Assembly (NCBI RefSeq): GCF_001194135.2
Contig: NC_068985.1
Location: 13,803,900 to 13,867,899 of the forward strand
Length of the DNA stretch: 64,000 nucleotides
DNA from: Octopus bimaculoides
Taxonomy: Eukaryota
Direction: 5' to 3'
How positions within the stretch are numbered: the stretch's first letter is position 1; each line of letters starts with the position of its first letter. Below, piece by piece: positions 57,911 to 64,000 of this stretch. Below the pieces are notes generated by a model, which searched no databases, had not been told where the DNA came from, and was given only the letters and a program-made list of their open reading frames with translations. The position numbers and the translations under genes are program-made.

Positions 57911-60303
57911 GGCTAGCTTCCTCCAGTTTCCTCTTTCTTTATTGCCCACAAGGGGCTAAACATAGAGGGGACAAACAAGGATAGACAAAGTGGTTAAGTC
58001 AATTACATCAACCCCAGTGCATAACTGGTACTTTATTTATTAGCCCCGAAAGGATGGAAGCAAAGTCGACCTCGGCGGAATTTGAACTCAGAACATAATG
58101 GCAGACGAAATACCGCTTTAGCATTTCGCCCGGCGTGCTGACGTTTTTGCCAGCTCGCCGCCTTCCTCCAGTTTCCATCTACCAAATCCACTAACAAGGC
58201 TTTGGTCAACCTAGGGCTATAATAGCTGACCCTTGAGCTTGGGACCACATGTTTGAGAAGCACACTTCTAACCATACAGCCACACCTTATATTACCTGTA
58301 TCACCATACACTTCTCACTGTCTTTCCCCTCACTGACACTCTTGCAACCTGCCCCCTCCCCTCATATGTCTTATCTTTCGACTCTGCTGTTTTTCACCCT
58401 CCTCTACTACCAATCAGCATCTGCCCCACCACCCCTCCCAACTGGTGGAGAGATACCATCAATTACCCCTCCACCATTCACTACTGTCATATACACATAT
58501 TCCTTAACCCTTTCGTTACCAACCCGGCTGAAACTGGCTCTGGCTCTGAGTACAAAGTTCTGAATTAAAATCTTCCACCAAACCTTAGTCATAATTTATT
58601 TTCCTAACACCAGCTGAATGATAACAAAGTTATTTTACTAAATTCTTTGTTATATTTAAAGTAATTGAAAGAAACATGGAGCATCTCAAAATAAATACAG
58701 TAACGAAAGGGTTAAACAATATGACGCTATTTGGTCATTTCCACTTGAGCTTCTACTTACATAAGTACTTCTTTTAGCTGTCACACAATCAAAGTTTTAT
58801 GTCATTATCATAGTTATCAAAACAACAAGAACACTGAAGCCTCGTGCCTATGCTATGAATTTATGTCACTAAATCGAAAGAAAGAGAGATTAGTTTTTGG
58901 ATTTGTATTTAACTCTGTTGATAGCACCCTGCCTGAAACTGCTCTAATATATATCATCATCATCATCATCATCGTTTAACGTCCGCTTTCCATGCTAGCA
59001 TGGGTTGGACGATTTGACTGAGGACTGGTGCAACCGGATGGCTACACCAGGCTCCAATCTAATTTGGCAGAGTTTCTACAGCTGGATGCCCTTCCTAACG
59101 CCAACCACTCAGAGAGTGTAGTGGGTGCTTTTACGTGTCACCCGCACGAAAACGGCCACGCTCGAAATGGTGTCTTTTATGTGCCACCCACACAAGAGCC
59201 AGTCCAGGGGCACTGGCAACGATCTCGCTCGAAAACCCTACAAGGCCAGTCAGGCGGTACTGGCAACGGCTATGCTCAAAATGGTGCATCTTATGTGCCA
59301 CCCGCACAAGAGCCAAACCAGGGGCACTGGCAACGATCTCACTTGGCTTGCCGGGTCTTCTCACGCACAGCACATTTCCAAAGGTCTCGGTCAGTAGTCA
59401 TCGCCTCGGTGAGGCCCAATGTTCGAAGGTCTTGCCTCACCACCTCAGCCCAGGTCTTCCTGGGCCTACCTCTTCCACGGGTTCCCTCANNNNNNNNNNN
59501 NNNNNNNNNNNNNNNNNNNNNNNNNNNNNNNNNNNNNNNNNNNNNNNNNNNNNNNNNNNNNNNNNNNNNNNNNNNNNNNNNNNNNNNNNNNNNNNNNNNN
59601 NNNNNNNNNNNNNNNNNNNNNNNNNNNNNNNNNNNNNNNNNNNNNNNNNNNNNNNNNNNNNNNNNNNNNNNNNNNNNNNNNNNNNNNNNNNNNNNNNNNN
59701 NNNNNNNNNNNNNNNNNNNNNNNNNNNNNNNNNNNNNNNNNNNNNNNNNNNNNNNNNNNNNNNNNNNNNNNNNNNNNNNNNNNNNNNNNNNNNNNNNNNN
59801 NNNNNNNNNNNNNNNNNNNNNNNNNNNNNNNNNNNNNNNNNNNNNNNNNNNNNNNNNNNNNNNNNNNNNNNNNNNACCTGAACATCTGCCACATACAAAG
59901 ACTAACTTTGTAGTTAATCTGCCTTTGATATTGCTGCACCTCTTATGTGTCCATAGCTTGCACCGGATACATCTTATAGAGTTACTACCTACTCCTTTTC
60001 TACATACTGAGCAGGGCCATCTACCTGAAGGGGTTTGTGTTTTATCTACCTTCCTACTTATTAGGATTTTGGTTTTAGCTAGGTTGACTCTAAGGCCCTT
60101 CAATTCTAGACCTTGCTTCCACACCTGAAACTTCTCCTCTAGTTCTGATAATGACTGCGCAATTAGTGCAAGGTCATCAGCATAGAGGAGCTCCCAGGGC
60201 AACCTGTCTTGAATTCCTATATATATATATATATATGTCTGTATGTGTATATAAATGTGTATTTATATGTGTGTATATATATATGTGTGTTTATATGTAT
60301 ATA

Positions 60304-60346
<43 letters not shown>

Positions 60347-60443
60347 ATATGTCTGTATATATATATGTATATATATATGTCTGTATGTGTATATAAATGT
60401 GTATATACATGTATATATATATGTGTTTATATGAATATATATT

Positions 60444-60474
<31 letters not shown>

Positions 60475-60513
60475 ATNNNNNNNNNNNNNNNNNNNNNNNN
60501 NNNNNNNNNNNNN

Positions 60514-60576
<63 letters not shown>

Positions 60577-62897
60577 GTGTGTGTCTCCCCACCATCACTT
60601 TAACAACCAATATTGGTGTGTTTACATCCCCATACGTTAGTGGTTCGGCAAAAGAGACTGATATGATAAGTGCTAGGCTTACAAAGAATAACTTCTGAGG
60701 TCGATTTATTCGACTAAAGTCTAGTGAGTGGATTTAGTAAATGGAAACTAAATGAAGCTCATCATATGTATGCATGTACGGGGGTGGATTGTCTTCTTGT
60801 CTTGACATCAGGTGATGGTTGTAAACAAGCTTCACAGTCATACAAGGGGTGTTGTACATTCCTAATGACTAAAACAAATAAAAGGATAAAGGCAGTGTAT
60901 TTCCTCATAAACATTGCCTCTCTTTTATATTTTTATTGTTGTTGTTATTGTTAATTGATGAAGGGCCCTGCTTAAATCAGCATGTCTTTCCTCTTTCTCA
61001 CAGTAAAGAAATATCTCAAGTGGCTTGTCCGTTCACCTCGCAGTCCCAGCAGACAAAATAGAAAAGGCGTTGCCCTGGAGGATAGCAAAAGAGATGAGAT
61101 GGAGCAGCCACTCAGACCCGCGGGGTTTGCATTTGTGGAAAATATATTCACGAAGAGATTAAAGTGACATACATGTAAATACATGTAAAATTTGTTAATT
61201 TAAAGTGAAGCTTAACAAGTAATTAGTTTTCTTGCATCTAAATACCAATTAAGGTGTTTTTAAGTTGGCATTAAGAACTTATATATACACATGAAGTGGA
61301 GGCACAATGGCCCAGTGGTTAGGGCAGCGGACTCATGGTCGTAGGATCGTGGTTTCGATTCCCAGACCGGGCGTTGTGAGTGTTTATTGAGCGAAAACAC
61401 CTAAAGCTCCACGAGGCTCCGGCAGGGGATGGTGGCGAACCCTGCTGTACTCTTTCACCACAACTTTCTCTCACTCTTACTCCCTGTTTCGGTTGTGCCT
61501 GTAATTCAAAGGGTCAGCCTTGTCACACTGTGTCACGCTGAATATCCCCGAGAACTACGTTAAGGGTACACGTGTCTGTGGAGTGCTCAGCCACTTGTAC
61601 GTTAACTTCACAAGCAGGCTGTTCTGTTGATCGGATCAACTGAAACCCTCATCATCGTAATCGACTGCGTGCCACGATATACACGAAAATGCCTTACATC
61701 ATCATCATCATGATAGACATGATTTCAAGTGCGAATGTCTAATCTGTATATTCTCTGTTATTTCTACTTCAGCTGCTGCATTCAAGGCTGGAAAGATAGC
61801 CTCCAACCCATTTCAGAGCACTCAACAAACAACAGCTGCTATGATTCCACCACCCACTACATTAGCAGGTAAGATTCTTTTCAGATTACACTGTCAGATA
61901 TAATGCTTATTTATTTATTCACTGTTTTTTTTTTTTTATGACAAACACCAAATTAATACAGTTCTATATTTGAGAGATGAGGAATTATGTACATTATTTA
62001 CATTTGACAGATATTTGTCCACATCTTGTTTAGTAGTTGTATACTGTCAACTTAATGTGACAGTCCCCTGAAGGGAATAATACTACTGTTGGTTAGACCT
62101 AGGAAGCTGCACTGCTTCCTGTTGGCCTCAGCGTATTTGAACTCCGAACACAGTGACAGGTGAAATACCGCTAAGCATTTCGTTCAGCGTGCTAACGATT
62201 CTGCCAGGTCACCGCATTAAACACCAAATTAATAATGAATGTTATTTATTTTAGTAAATCCCTTTAAATATTTTATTATTCTGACAATAATCGGACAATG
62301 TTTTCCATTAAAAACATGGTCCTTAAAGGGTTAAGAAGGTTCAAATTAAACCTGAACTTCTTATATGGTCTTTCATTTTTTGTGGTGTGATTTCTATCAC
62401 CAGATGTCTTTCCTATTGCCAACCACTACAAATGTTATTGGGGGTACTGTACCAGCTTCTGAGTAATTGTCTTATCCCCAGCATGACTAAAAAGCCTGTC
62501 ATCATCGTCATCGTTACTATTTAAGGTTCGTTGTCCCTGCTGGTATAGGTTGGACCTTTCTTCACTACATTGAATGTCCTTTCATTCACCAGCATCATGA
62601 GGTTATGTCAGTTCCAACAAGACCAAACAATTCACTGTTATCTGCATTGTTTGGGCTTAGTCGTTCCAGTAAAGGGTGTTTAATATAATCTGAAAATGCT
62701 GGTGTTTTGCTTGTGTGTATATTTTCTGTTTGGCTCCTTATATTTCTTCCTTTTTATAGGTGCAACAAAACCACCAACCACAGCACCTCCAGCTGCCCCT
62801 GCTGCTGGTCCACCAGTTGGTGCACCTGTACCAGGAATGTCATTGATGGGACCACCTCCAGGTACACATCTACCTCCTATGATGCCTACTATGACAG
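53516..62897 (+). CDS. SNRPC: U1 small nuclear ribonucleoprotein C (U1-C), spliced gene, 3' end outside the window
   Basis: Spliced peptide [62 protein letters not shown]... has the U1-type C2H2 zinc finger followed by a Pro/Gly/Met-rich tail. Confidence 0.98.
54361..54403 (+). CDS. SNRPC: SNRPC exon 2 ([14 protein letters not shown])
   Basis: ttttctttag acceptor, GTAAGT donor; 43 nt. Confidence 0.97.
56858..57078 (+). mobile_element. Mariner-derived MITE
   Basis: About 30-bp TIR (GAGGGAGTGCTGAAAAGTTCCTGG / CCAGGAACTTTTCAGCACCCACTC), TA on the left, internal sequence resembling a mariner transposase 3' end. Confidence 0.8.
57101..57209 (+). CDS. SNRPC: SNRPC exon 3 ([36 protein letters not shown])
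   Basis: ttttgcag acceptor, GTAAGT donor; 109 nt. Confidence 0.97.
58504..58715. mobile_element. piggyBac-type MITE family G
   Basis: TTAA|CCCTTTCGTTAC ... GTAACGAAAGGG|TTAA, perfect 12-bp TIR. Other copies: 5034-5661 (SINE A inside), 37716-37839, 37854-38083, 49208-49425; diverged relatives at about 30675, 36051, 54720. Confidence 0.88.
58955..60210 (-). mobile_element. 5'-truncated RTE-clade LINE: RT C-terminus, Cys-rich insert, 3'UTR and (GAT)n tail (family B master)
   Basis: ORF 59339-60202 [13 protein letters not shown]...GRPRKTW..DRDLW; 3'UTR 58955-59338 is the repeat dispersed through the window. Confidence 0.92.
60208..60580. repeat. Compound (TA)n/(TG)-rich microsatellite
   Basis: Visible directly; includes a short N gap. 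Others at 4016-4083, 12129-12160, 57866-57906. Confidence 0.95.
61773..61868 (+). CDS. SNRPC: SNRPC exon 4 ([31 protein letters not shown])
   Basis: cttcag acceptor, GTAAGA donor; AF..GKI and MIPPP motifs. Confidence 0.93.
62760..62897 (+). CDS. SNRPC: SNRPC exon 5, Pro-rich ([13 protein letters not shown]...PPMMPTMT)
   Basis: tttatag acceptor, GTAAGT donor; phase 1 to 1. Confidence 0.9.
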
Positions 62898-63019
62898 GTA
62901 AGTGAAATCATTTATTTCTACCTTCCTACCATATTAATTAGTATGTAATTTCCAGCTCCTCTTGGTATCAGTGAAGATATGCTTGTGTTGTAACACTTTA
63001 TAAGGATATTATGTGGATA

Positions 63020-63577
63020 TCCTATAACAAGGGTCACCAAACTATGGCCCATGGGTCAGATCTGGCCTGCGAGGTCAGTTCATCCGGCCCGCCGCTGCAT
63101 TGTACCTTTTGTGTAAGTACCTGCAATGAGACTTCGTTTGCTTCTGGTATGGCATCAGTGTTTGGAACAACTTATGTCAGTGAGCAAACGTTTTCAAAAA
63201 TGAAGGATGTAAAGTCAGCACATCGAATGAGGTTGACTGATGAATATTCCAAAGCCATTTTCTTGGCTGGATGCGGCAATTCCAAAGCAAACATTCATGA
63301 TATCTTAAAATCTAAAACACCAGTTTCACAAATCACACTAACCTATTTTGCTGTTTAGTTTGTGAGATTCGGATGTGTGCACTGGGTGTGATATAATTAT
63401 CTCATTGCTAACGTCGCCTTCTTTGATAACTTTCTGGTAAATAAAAATGTTCGTTGTCTTTATTTTTTGTGTATTCACTGAATTTTATTGAACAAAATGG
63501 TTATGCGGCCCGCGAGCGTCATTCTCTCAGTTGTCTGGCCTGCCGTGAAAAATGTTTTGGTGACTCCTGTCCTATAA
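63020..63577 (+). mobile_element. Non-autonomous hAT (SPIN/Charlie-like) transposon
   Basis: TIR CAAGGGTCACCAAA / TTTGGTGACTCCTG; 8-bp TSD TCCTATAA (63020-27, 63570-77); internal FGTTYVSEQTFSKMK..RLTDE hAT dimerization remnant. Confidence 0.92.
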
Positions 63578-64000
63578 AAACATGGTTTAATCTCATTAGG
63601 TAACATCTTAGGCAAGTGTCTTCTTCCATGGCCTTGAATCAATCAAAACCTTTCTGTTTATCTTCCATCGTTGACTTGCTTCAGTTGAGCTATGGCCATG
63701 CTGGGGCACCACCTTGAAGGGTTTAGTTGAACAAATCAGATGCAGTACTTATGCTTTAAACTTGGTAGTTATTCTGTTAGTTTCTTTGCTGAACTGCTAA
63801 GTTACAAACCAACACCATTTGTGGTGGGTCGACAAATACATACACAACGACACACACACACACAAAATGGGCTTTTTCAATTTCCGTCTACCAAATCTAC
63901 TCACAAAACTTTGGTCGACCCGAGGCTATACTAGAAGACACTTGCTCCAGGTGCCACACCGTGGTTCTGAACCCAGAACCATGTGGTTGAGAAACAAACT

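Noticed and set aside
59028-60128. Long ORF-track frames such as [28 protein letters not shown].. (also 7460, 14594, 35217, 41269)
   Set aside because: Antisense readings of the RTE 3'UTR or ORF, often extended through N runs; no independent coding evidence.

Overview
AT-rich, repeat-dense eukaryotic genomic DNA with N gaps. The repeat content points to an octopus; Octopus bimaculoides is a guess and was not verified. Two intron-rich housekeeping genes lie head-to-head. (1) Nup160 on the minus strand: ATG at 53158, 28 complete exons plus one partial exon reconstructed by hand with consistent splice phases (about 1150 codons visible), two more exons predicted inside N gaps, and the gene continues left of base 1. 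(2) SNRPC / U1-C on the plus strand: ATG at 53516, five coding exons, continuing right of the window. The start codons are only 357 bp apart, implying a bidirectional promoter. Nup160 intron 14023-16465 is a clear U12 (minor spliceosome) GT-AG intron. Introns are filled with about 30 3'-end copies of an RTE LINE, BovB-like RTE relics, at least five tRNA-derived SINE families, and piggyBac-, hAT-, mariner- and Tigger-type MITEs. The most unusual signal is a tRNA-headed non-autonomous element at 30.9-32.2 kb whose reconstructed consensus folds as a minimal type I hammerhead ribozyme and which inserts with Penelope-like inverted architecture. No CRISPR array, rRNA or true tRNA gene was found. Family names and protein similarities come from recall, not database searches. 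Exon coordinates were counted by hand; repeat boundaries are approximate.
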